Assembly (NCBI RefSeq): GCF_006345805.1
Contig: NC_042997.1
Coordinates: 128,526,001-128,590,000 of the forward strand
Reading direction: 5' to 3'
DNA length: 64,000 nt
Source of the DNA: Octopus sinensis
Lineage: Eukaryota
Position 1 is the stretch's first letter; each line of letters opens with the position of its first letter. The notes beneath the pieces are model-generated. The model worked only from the letters and a program-made list of their open reading frames with translations, was not told where the DNA came from and searched no databases. The position numbers and the translations under genes were made by a program. This document shows, piece by piece, positions 1 to 12,679 of the stretch.

Positions 1-229
1 ACATAAACACACCAACATCAGTTGTCAAGTGATGGCTGGGAGTACAAAGACAGACAGATAGACACATGCATATATATATACATGATGGGCTTCTTTCAGT
101 TTCCGTCTACTAAATCCACTCACAAGGCTTCGGTCAGCTTGAGGGTATAGTAGAAGACACTTGCCCAAGGTGCCATACAGTGGGACTGAACCCGACACCA
201 TGTGGTTCGGAAGCAAGCTTCTTACTACA
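1..229 (-). mobile_element. tRNA-derived SINE, family S1 (partial)
   Basis: Reverse complement matches the near-complete copy at 61979-62386 (ccaaggtg, gggactgaacc, ctttcagtttccgtctac segments). Confidence 0.85.
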
Positions 230-1429
230 CTGTAATTCTCACAATGATCATCCATAAATGTCTCCAAATATACATAAATGTTTCCACACACATATGTGTA
301 AAACATTTGAAGTAGATTACACTACCCACACACACATATACACACATTCACCATTGTACTTATACGAGTAGATCTCACACATTATGTTCACTCGTTCATA
401 GTCCACATAAATATATGTATGGATGTGTGTGTGTGTGTGTGATGATACACTTGAAGTAAAAGACACATAACATACAGAGAAAGTTATGCATACAAACACC
501 CAAATACTGACACATATAGACTTACTGTTTGAAGTAAATATAGTTTTAAGTTCTTGACTTTCTGTAATTTGTTAAAGCAAACAGATGTATGAAAGGAATG
601 TCAGTAAAATGTTTGTGGTGAAGAATGATTGTCTTCACCACCTCCCTCTACATTTAAGCTTCACTTGTTCTACTATTTGGTCTCCAGTAACAGAGAGATT
701 AGTTTTGTCTGTTGGGCATTGGAGTAGACCAGGCAGTGGTAAAGAATGTTCTTTCATGTAGATTTCTAGGTATTCCTCTGCTTATCATTAACATGCATGG
801 TCAAACTCTTTAAATTAATGAAACATGAACCTCCAAGTTGGCTCTTTCTTCAGAAACCTTTTCTTAGCTTATTGATCTAATTTCTGTTCTGTGTCTTTTG
901 CAGTTGATGCTATTTTCTTTATAGAATGCCAGAGTGAAGATAAGATCGTTATTTCCCTTCACTTTTGTTACAAAGATAAGAATTTGTTTGAAATAATGCA
1001 AAAGAGTTTTTAAGTATTTCCAATGTTCATTTTTAAAAACAAATTCTTTACAATATTTCCTACAAGTAGAATATGAAAAAAGAAGAAAAAAAAACTCAAT
1101 TTACTGTTGCACAATATATTTAATCTGATTAAATATCTTTTACATCTCAGATAAATTGTTATTAATTTGCAATTTTTCATTATTTTTAAAAGAATTTTTA
1201 GCACAGACATTTTTCAGTACATAAGAATTATCTTAACTAAGATAGTTAAGATAAACTAATGAAACATGAACCTCTAGATGGTAAATGTGGTAAACTTGAA
1301 AGTCTTATCCATTAATGAGGTGCCACTAAAGTCCAACAGAATAAAGAAATGATCGTATTCTGCTCACTTAAAGTGGGGCATGTAAAGTGGAGTATGTACA
1401 GGAAGTGTAGTAGTTGTAGTTGTTTAGCT

Positions 1430-1640
1430 TCAGTTTGCCCTAATCAAGTAATCCCATAATAAAAGACGTTCCAGCCATGACTAGCCTGTCTTTTATTCAG
1501 ATATAGCATGCTTTGAACTACATTTGAGTCTTTCTTTTTTTAGTATCTAGGATGTAGTTTGAAAGAGATTTGGCTGTTATTTCTTGCAGGTTGAACAACC
1601 AAGAAATGGTTTTCATGTTGATTTGAGATAGTAGAGTACA
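1430..1640 (+). mobile_element. Short interspersed repeat, family S6 (unclassified)
   Basis: Shares ttccagccatgac and gagatttggctgttatttct motifs with copies at about 2465-2650, 43600-43870, 44690-44900, 47530-47640 and 50960-51920. Boundaries approximate. Confidence 0.6.
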
Positions 1641-1744
1641 TAGAGAGTAAATATTGAGTACATAGTACCATCAATTAAGTATAGAAAATGTGCAATGGCA
1701 TCTTTGGTAAACAGATTATAAACCAATATTGGAGAAAGTTCAGA

Positions 1745-2145
1745 GAGTTTTTACCTCTATTGGTAACCAAAGGTCTTCCTCTCTCTAAGCGAAGAGAAGA
1801 TTGTATGATACATGTGTACAAACTATGCTCCACTGGATCTGTGATGTCACTGTGAATGTACATGTGCAACAGAGCATTGGTGTATTGAGAGAGAAGTTGA
1901 ACATAAGAGGAATTATTTGCAGTGTGTAAGAAAGGAGACTGCCGTTTTTGGTCATGTGATGAGAACAGTTGCATAAAGAAGTGCCGATCACTTAAAGTGG
2001 AGGGAAGTTATAAAAGAGGGAAACACAGGAAGACATGGAATGAAGTATTGAAGGCTGATCGCAAAATGTTGAGCCTTACAAAGGAGATGACAGAGGACTG
2101 AGAAATGGAGCACATTGTTATACTCAAGAAGACCTACCCACCACA
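1745..2145 (+). mobile_element. RTE-clade LINE, 3' end of ORF (degenerate)
   Basis: With frameshifts it reads LVTKGLPLSKR..LYDTCVQT..ERRL.FGHVMR..KKCRSLKVEGSYKRGKHRKTWNEVLKADRKML, a typical RTE C-terminal motif set. Confidence 0.85.
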
Positions 2146-2159
2146 ATAGAATTGACAAC

Positions 2160-2420
2160 CTAAAACCAAAGTGCCACATAAAATGCATTTGTGTGGGTGC
2201 TGGTGCCACGTAAAAAGCACTAATGATGGTGCCATATAAAAAATACCCAGCATAATCTATAAAGTGATTGGCATTAAGAAGGGCATCCAACTGTAGAAAC
2301 CAAACCAAAACAGACTACAGAACTGGGTAAAGCCCCTGGCCTTACCAGTATCTGTCAAGCTGTCCAACCCATGCCAGCATAGAAAACAGATGTTAAATGT
2401 TCGAGATGATCATCATCATA
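2160..2420 (+). mobile_element. RTE-associated 3' tail repeat (S5)
   Basis: ggtgccacgtaaaaagcac...aagggcatccaactgtagaaac...ccaacccatgccagcat ending in an ATG/CAT-like tail. The same unit recurs at about 3800-4020, 8775-9030, 11011-11207, 20290-20420, 26335-26520, 33831-34023 and 62480-62680. Confidence 0.8.
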
Positions 2421-3037
2421 TCTACTGAGATAACAAATAAGGCAACCTATACAGGGTTTATTATATCTGGTACAAATAGCAGTCAAATTTCCCTCCAATT
2501 ACACCCCCACCATCTTAACAAGGGAGGGACCCATGCATAATGTATTCCTAGATATGCCATGCTAAAGAAAGGGTAGGATGGTCATGAATTTTGACACCTT
2601 TGATCATAGGTCTGCTCAGTCAAGGCATGGCTGGGTATAAACAACAAATACTAGCAGTGTAAACAATGTAGAACTGGAAACCTAAGACTGCTCTGATGGT
2701 TTCTTGAAGATAAATTATTTCTGAGTCTGAGATAGCAATCATGAAGTTGTTTGGTTATTTACACAAAAATACATATCCTGCAGCAAAAATAAATATTCTG
2801 AAACCAACATTAAACAGTACCCACTAAGGATATCAGTAACAGAATTATCATAGCTACAGTCAAATCAAATCAAGACATTCAAAATACAACTGGCCAGTCA
2901 GTAGTTTAACCACCAGTCATATACGCCCCCACCCTTTAAAACAGCGAATACAAAACTAATGAAGTGAACTCTGTATGTCACAATTTATCAGACATGTTGA
3001 TTTAAGTGTATTTCATAAAATATCTGTTGAACACTCA

Positions 3038-3180
3038 TTAACTCTTTGGATACCAATCTACCTGAGACCACTTCTGATTCCATCTGTAATGTCTCATTTT
3101 GAAGTGTTCCAATTTGAATTAAACATTTCATTATCATTTACCATTGTCAAATTTTTAATTCTCAAATACCAACTTCAGTT
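3038..3180 (+). mobile_element. Truncated copy of the piggyBac-type MITE
   Basis: Begins ttaactctttggataccaatctacctgaga, matching the left end of the 16491-16676 element. No right TIR seen. Confidence 0.6.
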
Positions 3181-3494
3181 ATATATTTTATGTTACCTCT
3201 TCTATGCTAGCACAGATCAGAAGGGTACTTATTTTGGGCTGTATTTTTATGGCCAGATGCTCTTTCTCCAGTGACTCTTTCCTCTTTTACAGGTAAGGAA
3301 GGTTTGTTTCAAGAGCACAGAGACATGAAATATAATGCTCACGGGAAATGTAAACATAACAACTTCAAGTTTTGCACTCAGATGATCAGCAAGAAGCGGC
3401 GATAATAACTTTTACATATACCCACATATGCACGCATGTGCACACATACGCACACACATATCTATATATGTGTATGCATGTGTGTTGTATGTGA

Positions 3495-3735
3495 AGGCGC
3501 ATAACCTAGTTGCACTCATGATCGCTACATCATGAATTCAATTCCCAGACCACGCAGCATGTTGTGTTCTTGAGCAATGACTTCATTTCACATTGTTGCA
3601 CTCCTCTTTTGATCAAAGGGGAGTGGTGGCCTGCTCACCAAGCCAGTGGGGTGGCATCATCTGATGGTTAAAACAATGTAACATCTTATAGTCTGTAACA
3701 TCTGATAGTCTGGTCGGTCACTTGATTACATGATT
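3495..3735 (+). mobile_element. tRNA-derived SINE (S3-like, degenerate)
   Basis: tRNA-like head (B-box-like aattcaattccc) and a 3' part similar to the SINE at 10670-10980. Confidence 0.6.
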
Positions 3736-3799
3736 ACATCTATGCATGCACAGGTAGGATGGTTGACAGGAGCCAGCCTGGTAAAAAATCTACCCATGG

Positions 3800-4020
3800 C
3801 TACTGTGTCTGTTTTGACAGGGGATTTTATGGCTGGATGCCCTTCCTAACACCAACTACTCCGCAGAGTGAACTCAGTGCTTTTTACATGGCACTAGCAC
3901 AGGTGAAGTTAGTTTTGGGAAGATTTTTACAGCTGGATGCCCTTCCAGATGCCAACTATGTTACAGTGTGGACTGGATGCTTTTAACATGGCACCAGCGC
4001 TGGCAAGATAACCAAGTAAC
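3800..4020 (-). mobile_element. RTE-associated tail repeat S5 (two partial units)
   Basis: ggctggatgcccttcctaacaccaac and agctggatgcccttccagatgccaac, the reverse complement of the S5 core. Confidence 0.75.
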
Positions 4021-4699
4021 ACACAGCAAGGAATTATGAGGGTATTTGTGTCAGAGGATGAAAGTTAATTTGACAAAGAGACAGAGAGACAGAAGCAGGT
4101 GTCTTGCCACAACAGAGAGGGCATTAGAGGAGGTGATCCAGTATCAAATGATGAAAGGTTAGAGTGTAACAGAGAAATACAGAGGCAGAAATAGGTGTCT
4201 TGCTATAGAGGAGGTACCCAGTAAGAGAGCGAGAGAGGGAAAAAGGAGATAGAGTGAGCGAGAAGTACAGAAAGAGGCCAGAAACAAGTTTGTTGATGTA
4301 AAGGTAATACTTGGTTACCTAGTCAGAGGAAAAACAAGAGAAGGAGTGAGAGTGACCAAAGGGAAAGAGAGAGCAAGTTGGAAACAGTAAAAGTGTAAGA
4401 GAGAGCAGAAGAGAAATGGTATAGTGCTAGGGTATACTCACAAGTAATAAGAATATGAGCATAGAACCTGGTTAGAAAAATAGGGAATGGGTGTGGGTCA
4501 TGGGGTGTGTGGAGAGCAGTGATACAGTGAGTACGGCAGCGAAGGCAAGAAAACAGATTGGAAAACAATCATAATGTATGAGGAGGAAATGTGAGGAAGA
4601 CAAAGATGCAACTAGAAGAGGAATTGTAGTTTGATTTTTTAAGGTAGAGTGGGTGAAAAGTGTGTTGTTACATGTAGGTGGGACACAAGTCTTCTTACA

Positions 4700-4940
4700 C
4701 TCAGTGTTGGGGATGGGTCTTCCCTAGGATGTCGTACTGCCAAACATCTTGGTCTACTGTCGTTTCCTTCATGAGCCCCAACATCCTAAGATCAGTTCTC
4801 ACCACTTCAGCCCATGTCTTCCTGGGTCTCCCTCTTCCACAAGAAGCATCCACATTCAGTGACATGCACTTCTGTGTACAGTTGTCTTCACTCATACGCA
4901 TCACATGTCCAAACCAATGCAATCTCCTCTCCTGCATACC
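4700..4940 (-). mobile_element. RTE-clade LINE 3' coding end
   Basis: ORF 4701..5054 contains QERRLHWFGHVMRMSEDNCTQKCMSLNVDASCGRGRPRKTWAEVVRTDL, the RTE C-terminal RW.GHV.RM / GRPRKTW motifs. Confidence 0.9.
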
Positions 4941-5329
4941 ATATAATATATATATATTATAGGCTTCAATTTCACTCACAAAGCATTTGTTGTCCTGAAG
5001 TAAAAGCAAAAGACACTTGGCCAATGTGTTGTGCAATGGGATTGAACCCTCCATATGTCTGTGAAGTAAAGGTCTTAACTATATAGCCATAGAATGAAAA
5101 ATTTGATCTGCTAAATTTCTTCAAATTCTTAGTTGTATTTGAAATTAACTGAAACATATGAATAATGCATATTATTAGAAATACACAACTTATATGCTTC
5201 TATGTATTTTCGGACTAAACACCATAGAACTTCTAATTTATGATTGTAACCTCAAACACTTATGTAATCTACATGACATTAATTAGCTGAGAAGAGAGTT
5301 AATAAGAGTATAATGTTAATGATATAAGG

Positions 5330-5800
5330 TGGACAAGAGACATTTAGGGAACTAGTACCCTTGGTTAACTGACCTATATTAGATAACCTAATTAGCTGGA
5401 ATGTGTGAGAACCTTTTAGAAGTTTAATGTTAAAGCTACAAGATTGGTAGGACACATTCTAGTTGACTACTATCCTTAGGTGTGTTATATAAAACTTTAT
5501 CAGTTACATAATTTTGTATAACAGTGAGACAAATATGCAGACTAAATATAATATATGTGGTTTGTGAATGAGAGATTTATGTATGACACAATATAGAGGG
5601 TTGTGTGTATGGCCTTATGGATATGTAGTTATTTGAGTGACTCATATAGATATTCAATAGAGATGAATGAAAGTAAACTAATGAATCTTTGATAGCCTAT
5701 GAGTTACTCATGTTGAAATGCAGTGTAGAAGAATAGGTATGATTTTTAATGTAGAGCACTGCAAATTCCAAAGAAGGAACCTTGTTTCTAGATTAGGAAA
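5330..5800 (+). mobile_element. Possible CR1-type RT remnant
   Basis: GMIFNVEHCK resembles the CR1 W.M.FN..KCK motif. The rest is highly decayed. Confidence 0.35.
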
Positions 5801-6649
5801 AAGTAAACTAGCTTTTGTTTTATTAGTGAGATATTTGTTAAAATATAACCAGGATATTAAATATACTCTTTCTGTGGTTGATTTCTTTTACACAGTGATG
5901 TAATCCAATGATAGGCTCTCTATACAGTCTTTTGACATGCTACATCCTCTATATCAGTGATTCTCAACTCTTTGTCTCTTCCTTGACTTTCTGTATTATA
6001 CCATTTCCTCATATGTAAAAATATACACTAAATAATCATTATATTTGAAAACTAATCTCATTGCCTACACACTATCTTTAAGATAGCATGTTACCACAAG
6101 TATTACGTTAAGCTAATCATAAAAATACTTTTAAAGAAAATTCATATTTTTTTTGATAATAAAATAAATTAAAAATAATACAAGGCACATATAGTCCAAG
6201 TGCTGCAGGTTGTCCCATATCCGATTATTAAAAGTATAATACTGTAAGAGTGATTCATGCAATGACATAATTTAGGGTGTTGATAGTTGTATGATCTAAT
6301 GATTATATAATGTGATGTGGGTGATTCAATCGCTTCAAATGAAGCATTCAGAATGAAGAATGTACATAGTATAGACATGATGCATGCTTGGTAAAACAAC
6401 TGCTGGTAGGTGATACATGGTGCTGTTGGCCATACTAGATACATGATATAATAGTGGTATTGGTGAAGAAGTAGGTATGTGGTGCAGCAGTACTGTTGAG
6501 TACATGGTGTAGTGATTGATGGTAGTGGCGGAAATGGTTGCATAGTATAGGTGCTGGCAATAGGTACGCAGTATAGTAGTAATATTGGGTGCATGACTTC
6601 ATGGTGTATTCTGGGATATTCTAGACTACATTATTCAATGTTTCCTCAG

Positions 6650-7100
6650 TAAGGTATGATTTTACGAAGCTCTGCTACTATTTCTAGCAGGTCAGAAAAC
6701 TGCATAGAGGCTTCCTTATTGGTTGATAGTAGAGCTGAAGCATTGATGGTATGTGTGTGTTCAACTGTTATTGAACTCAAGATGAAATAAGACTGCTTTC
6801 TTGTACACCAAAGCAATCAACATATTATTGAACTAAAAGCTCTTATTTTTCAGTAAATTAAAAGAGAAAACTATTTCAACTGACGTAGGAATTGGCAAGA
6901 GAAAAGGGTATAGGTAGTTCCTTGATAAAGTGGTAATGCAGTTAGTTGCAGATAATAGACTAACTCTTGCTTCTTCTCCTAGGAAGCTGGCAATATTGGG
7001 TAAAAGACTTAACATGTAGCCCAGTTTAACACTAGCACCTGACTCTGAGTGCCTCTGGTTAAGTTCCTTCGGCTGCAAACATTTGAGCCAGATCACCAAT
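6650..7100 (-). mobile_element. Possible L2/CR1-type LINE C-terminal remnant
   Basis: ORF 6833..7099 (VKLGYMLSLLPNIASFLGEEARVSLL) resembles the post-RT region of L2/CR1 ORF2. No splice context. Confidence 0.45.
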
Positions 7101-7611
7101 CTGAAAATAACTCCCTCCTTTCCTTTCTCAAGTCTCCAGGGCCCTTAAAAGAGGCACTCTGCACTGTACAGTCTCTGTTAACAGGTTGTTGATTTTTAAC
7201 TCTTGAATTGTTAATAGAAATGCTGCATTGATCTTCTATTAATAAGTTGTTTTTTTTTATCAAGACCAAAGTTTGTAAGAGGAAGCTTGCAGTTTCTAAG
7301 AGGAAATTTGGAGTTTATAAGAGAAAGTTGGGAGTCTGTCAAAAGGAAGTTTGAAAAACACTGCCATTCTTTGGAGAAAAGAGAAATGTGAATTTCTTTG
7401 AAGAATAGTTATGCCTGAAATGTTGAAACTTGCCTCTTCTCACTCAAGTTCATTTATATTTAAACTGTATTTGTTGTTTTTAGTTAATGCAGATCATCAC
7501 TAGTTACTTTCAATTTTTTTTTATGTTTTCCTCTTTGAAGTTCACAAAGTTGATTTAATTAATCACAATATTATACAGTCATATAAATTCGTACCCACAC
7601 ATATACATTTG

Positions 7612-7760
7612 TCCTTTGGTTTACATGGTAGATTGGTTCCATGAGTCACCATGCAAATTGAAATCATGTAAAATGAGGTAGATATGTTTTGAATATTATT
7701 AATAAAAAAAAAGCATTAATAAAGTTTAAGTATTTACTAAAATGTGGATGATAAAATATA
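7612..7760. mobile_element. Tigger/pogo-like terminal sequence
   Basis: tacatttgtcctttggtttacatggtagattggttcc resembles Tigger-type termini (TA-CAGTTGTCCCTCGGT...GATTGGTTCC). Confidence 0.45.
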
Positions 7761-8072
7761 TAATGATTGTGTGTATGTGTATCTATAAATATATATGTAT
7801 ATGAAATGTACCATTATCATCATCTTTTAACATCCATTTTCCATGTAATGTATGTATGTATGTATGTATGTATGTAGGTGATGTATGTATATATGCATAT
7901 CATCATCATCATCATCATCTGCATGTATACATCTATATATATATATACATTACATAATGTATGCATATGAATATGTATGTATGCTTGTATATCTATACAT
8001 GTATCAATTCAATTTAGGTATTAACCTTGTAGTTTTATTTGCAATAAAATGTGTTCTCACTCCATTCTCCTT

Positions 8073-8119
<47 letters not shown>

Positions 8120-8284
8120 ATATGAAGATAATATGGGTGCTGTCATAATATCATATCTTATCTTCTATACAAAATAATACAACTTTCACTGTTTGTATAT
8201 GGTTTATGACAAATGTATGATATGTATTTTAAAGTTACAGAAAATCCAGTGATTATACAGGCTCTGATTTTTTTTTTTTTTTTG

Positions 8285-8420
8285 TTCCTTTCATATAATT
8301 GTTCTAACAGTTGTGTCAGTTATATTAAACTGTTTTGCAGTTTCTGTTGAAGACTTGCCTTTTTGAAGTTTTATATATATTAATTTTCGTTTCCAAAGAA
8401 ATCAACTTTCTTCGCATTTG
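8285..8420 (-). mobile_element. Tigger/pogo transposase N-terminal HTH (CENP-B-like) remnant
   Basis: With one frameshift the minus strand reads MRRKLISLETKINIYK/LQKGKSSTETAKQFNITDTTVRTII*KE. Confidence 0.7.
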
Positions 8421-8774
8421 GAACTCTGTTATTCAATCTGGTAAATATTTAACAAAATATAAACAAGATATTTGTAACTTAAGCTTTAGTTTAGAATGTG
8501 GTCTACCTCATAGTTGAAGAAGAGAAATGAAGTGAAATGAAAGAGAAGCAGAAAACCAAATTGGAAACAATGAAATAGTGTTTCTGTAAATTCAAAGTAA
8601 GAAAAGAAGTAAATAAAACCAGAAGTATTATTGGACCAAAATCATGCTACTATGTGTGTGTGTATATACATTTGTGTAAACTGAATTTTCAATTTCCTCA
8701 TTAAAAATATATATATTCATTTATACATTCTGCACATATATTGAGTCCACTTTATTGTAAAGGATACTTAGTAT

Positions 8775-9030
8775 CGTCGCCATTGTTTAAGGCTCGCTTT
8801 CCATGCTGGCATGGGTTGGACGGTTTGACTGAAAATTAGTAAGCCAGGAGGCTGCACCAGGCCCCAGTCTGATTTGGCAAGGTTTCTACAGCTGGATGCC
8901 CTTCCTAATACCAACTACTGCAAGAGTGTAGTGGGTGCATTTTACATTGCATGGGTGCCAGTCAGGCAGCACTGGCATCAGCCCACTCGAATGGTGCTTT
9001 TTATGCACTACTGGAACAGGCGCCAGTCAG
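8775..9030 (-). mobile_element. RTE-associated tail repeat S5
   Basis: catgctggcatgggttggacgg...gctggatgcccttcctaataccaac. Confidence 0.8.
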
Positions 9031-9061
9031 ATGGTACTATATATACATATATACATACACA

Positions 9062-9684
9062 TAGGGTGCGATGGATAAATTGTCGCCTTTTAATTTTGCA
9101 CATGCACATTTTGTTTTTTATTTTGCCAACTACACAATACAATAGGATCAGTTGATGACTTACTGTGAGAAAAACAGCACCATGATGCAATTCACTCTGC
9201 CAGAAATTTGAAAATGACATGCTGTACTGCTTGGCATTTGCATCGGAAGTTCCAACACAAACATTTTATAGAGTTTTGGTGTCAATCTGAGGACAGTGCA
9301 GAGGATTCAGAAAGAGTTGGATGAGTCTAATGGTGATCACGAAGGTACGACAGCTCGGAAAACTCACTCTGATTGTTCTGATAAGAAAAGAACTCCTGAA
9401 TTTGTTGGTGAGATCCAAGCTGCAATTGACAATAATCCCTCCAAGTCAATCATGTCCATTGCCAGGTACATGGGAGTGTCTGAGTTTCTTATCAGGCAGG
9501 TAATGCATGAAGACATTCAGTATTCCTCATACAAGATGAGAAAGGGCCAATTTTTATCCCAAGCCACCAAGAACAAGGGGAAAGACTGCTCTACAAAGCT
9601 TTTGACTAAATTCAAGCATCTCCTCCAACTGAACATGCTTTGTTTTTTTTGTCAGATGAGAAATCTTTCTACCAAGATCAGATG
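9062..9684 (+). mobile_element. Tc1/mariner (DD37D/maT-like) transposon, 5' half
   Basis: TIR-like start (t)agggtgcgatggataaattg matches the terminus of the 20490-21353 copy. ORF 9296..9718 encodes the N-terminal HTH region (RTPEFVGEIQAAIDNNPSKSIMSIARYMGVSEFLIRQVMHED) up to the frameshifted first catalytic SDEK motif. Confidence 0.85.
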
Positions 9685-9795
9685 TGTAATGTTAGTGTGC
9701 ACACACAACAGAGTGTAAGCGCCCTGAGAGAAATGTTGGACATAAGAAGCATTGGATGTTGCATGCAAGAGAGACAGAAATGGGTTGTGAGTGAG
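9685..9795 (+). mobile_element. RTE LINE fragment fused to the truncated DD37D element
   Basis: Reads CNVSVHTQQSVSALREMLDIRSIGCCMQER, homologous to 1850-1950. Confidence 0.75.
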
Positions 9796-10419
9796 TGGAT
9801 AGAAGAGAGATGAGAACTCACAACCCATTTCTGTCTATCCTGATGTCTGTCTTTCTCATGCTATACATCCACATGAACCATTTACATGCTAGCTAATTAC
9901 TTAATCCATTGCTTCAGCATAAATGCATCATTCAAAATACTACCTGGATTATACCTAAGGGCTCATACCTTCATGGAAGTACGGACCAGCCTCTGGAAAA
10001 AGATGAACTGTGAACTTTATTCTCCTGCCTGTATTCTTCCATTTTATTCTTTATAAACTGTGAACTTTGATACATACTCACCTTGTCTCTGATGACAGAG
10101 TACCTAGTGTATGGAGATGCTAGCCTATCACTTGGGATATCCCAGAAACAGCTGTAAGACTTCAAATTCATCTTATCCTAATTAAATTATTCCAAATGAT
10201 TTCAGATATTCATCATGCCTTGGCTTTTGTTGTCCTTTCCCCTCTAATATATTATATACCTGCTAATACAGATCCCTAACAGATGACCAATTATAGCACT
10301 TACTTAGCATACCCATTCGTTTAGATCACCAGTGAACTAAACCTCTCATATTCTTTATATATATATACACACATACACATTCATGCATACATATGTGTGT
10401 ACATATACAACAGGCTTGT

Positions 10420-10570
10420 ATGCAGTTTGCATATTCCAAATTCACTTTCAAATCACAAGATGGATCAGTAATTTAATGGAAGATACTTACCCGAGGTGCT
10501 GTGCAGTGGAATTGAACCAGGTACCATGTGGTCATGAACCAAAGTTTTTAACCACACGATCATGTCTATA
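10420..10570 (-). mobile_element. SINE S1 (degenerate, 5' part)
   Basis: Similar to the reverse complement of 61979-62130. Further degenerate copies at about 4985-5090, 19960-20040, 23495-23650, 31430-31580, 52930-53000 and 61770-61920. Confidence 0.65.
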
Positions 10571-10669
10571 TGTGTCTACTTTATTTTTATATGTATATAT
10601 ATATATGTGTGTCTATTTTATTCATATATATATATATATGTGTGTGTGTGTATGTATGTATGTATATAT

Positions 10670-10980
10670 CACTTGATCATATGATCGACCAGGCTATCAA
10701 ATGTTGCTACACATCGCTGTTCACACTGTACTTTGCATTGTTTTAGCCTTCAAATGACACCACCCCGCTGGCTAAGCGAGCAGGCCAACAGAAGAAAGAG
10801 TGAGAGAAAGTTATGGCGAAAGAGTACAGCAGGGATTGCCACCACCCCCTGCCAGAGCATTGTGGAGCTTTAGGTGTTTTCGGTCAATAAACACTCACAA
10901 TGCCTGGTCTGGGAATCGAAACCGCGATCCCACGACTGCGAGTCGGCTGCCCTAGCCACTGGGCGGTTGCACCTCCACAT
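10670..10980 (-). mobile_element. tRNA-derived SINE, family S3 (near full length)
   Basis: Minus strand begins tgtggaggtgcaaccgcccagtggctagggc...ggtttcgattccc (A- and B-box-like). Flanked by (TA)n. Confidence 0.8.
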
Positions 10981-11010
10981 TACATATATATATATATATA
11001 TATATATATC

Positions 11011-11207
11011 CAGTACCGCCTGACTAGCCCTCATGCTGGTGGCATGTAAAAGCACCCACTACACTCTCGGAGTGGTTGGCATTAGGAAGGGCATCCAGCT
11101 GTAGAAACTCTACCAGATCCGATTGGAGCCTGGTGCAGCCATTCCTCAAGTCAAATCATCCAACCCATGCTAGCATGGAAAGTGGATGTTAAATGATGAT
11201 GATGATG
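11011..11207 (+). mobile_element. RTE-associated tail repeat S5
   Basis: Well-conserved core ending in (ATG)n. Confidence 0.85.
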
Positions 11208-12679
11208 ACAAAGTTGGCTGTATACTAACTTTACCATAGATTGGGCTGTTTATGACAGCCTGTGGCAAATCTATGTATGTTAGTGAGTGTTCTTGTTTAG
11301 TAGTACTGGTACTTATTATCCTTGGAAATGTTAATTTGGTTCAAGTTAAACTTGAACTTTTAAACTTACATCAGAAAGACATTGAAGTAACAGGACGAAG
11401 CACTTACTTTTGTTTGTTATTTTGGCCAACTTTTCCTTAATATTACATTCTGCTACTGATGCTTTCTGCTACTAATGAATCCTAATTGGCAGTGATTTTT
11501 TCTTCGTTTAAACATATCCATTTCCAGTTTGTGTTAATTTCTCTACAGCTTTAATAATTCACGCGCGCGTGCAGACACACACATACACACACACACACAC
11601 ACACTCATACAATGGCATGCTCACACTCACACATACATACACCTACACACCCACATCATATACACAAATATAGAGATACAAATGCACCCATATATATACA
11701 CATAGGCACATCCTCACACATACGCACAGACACATAGATGCATACACATTCACACACTGCATTCACATGTACAAATGTAGAGAGTGACAAACACACACAT
11801 GCACACACATAATTGCAGGCATTTAAATATTTCCCATCTTTGTCAGCTCTATCACACATGCATACACACACGCACACATAAACACACACACATACACAGA
11901 CACTCACACACATGCATATATCCCTTCTTCTTTGTATGTAAAAGCATAGTTACGGACGTCAATTCATTACCCTCGCACACTGCTTCAATTCCCCCTCCCC
12001 TTGAATATGCCATTTCTTTCAGGTTTTATTCTAATATTTCCTGTCACTTCCCCTGTTTTCAAATTTCCATTTCTACTAGAGTGAGCAAATTGTTTTCTGC
12101 TTGGATACTTCTGTCATTATCAATGCCTCTAAAACAAAAATGACCTCTAAATACAGCTTATGATGATGACTCTTTAAGATATCGTAATAATTTCATGATA
12201 TTCTAATGAAGTTAAAAAGCTGCTGGAAGTATTTCTACCTTTTCTTTTAATCTGACAAACTGTCAGAAAAGTATATTAAAAATTCTCTTGCCATGTCAAT
12301 AGTTCCTTCGCCATTATTGAACATTATCTGTGGCCACTTGTATATTTTCCCTACCACACTCCTCCACCTCATTCAATCACTCTTTCTTCTCTAAACAGTA
12401 CCAAGATGGTAGAATCATTGATTATCTAAAACTACTGCACTACATATGAATTAAATAGCCTTGGGTTATCCCCCACTACCATTAGACTGACTTAAATGCT
12501 GCAAGTCCAACTCTCTTAGCTGTTTTTCTATTCAAACCATCATTTTTGCTGTCATGTTTTGAAAAATATCTTTGTCTTTTATATAATTAAATGACACATC
12601 AACAAAACCAAGCTTCAGTCTACAAACTGTAGTGGAATCAGTTTGGCTCTTTAAAATTGAAAAATATTTTAATTTGATA

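Noticed and set aside
615-641. 10-bp perfect hairpin gtggtgaaga/tcttcaccac
   Set aside because: Short enough to arise by chance, with no CTRR Helitron end or other context.
8341-8441. Plus-strand open segment with good acceptor and donor (FLLKTCLFEV...)
   Set aside because: It is the antisense of a Tigger HTH remnant; the signals are probably cryptic.
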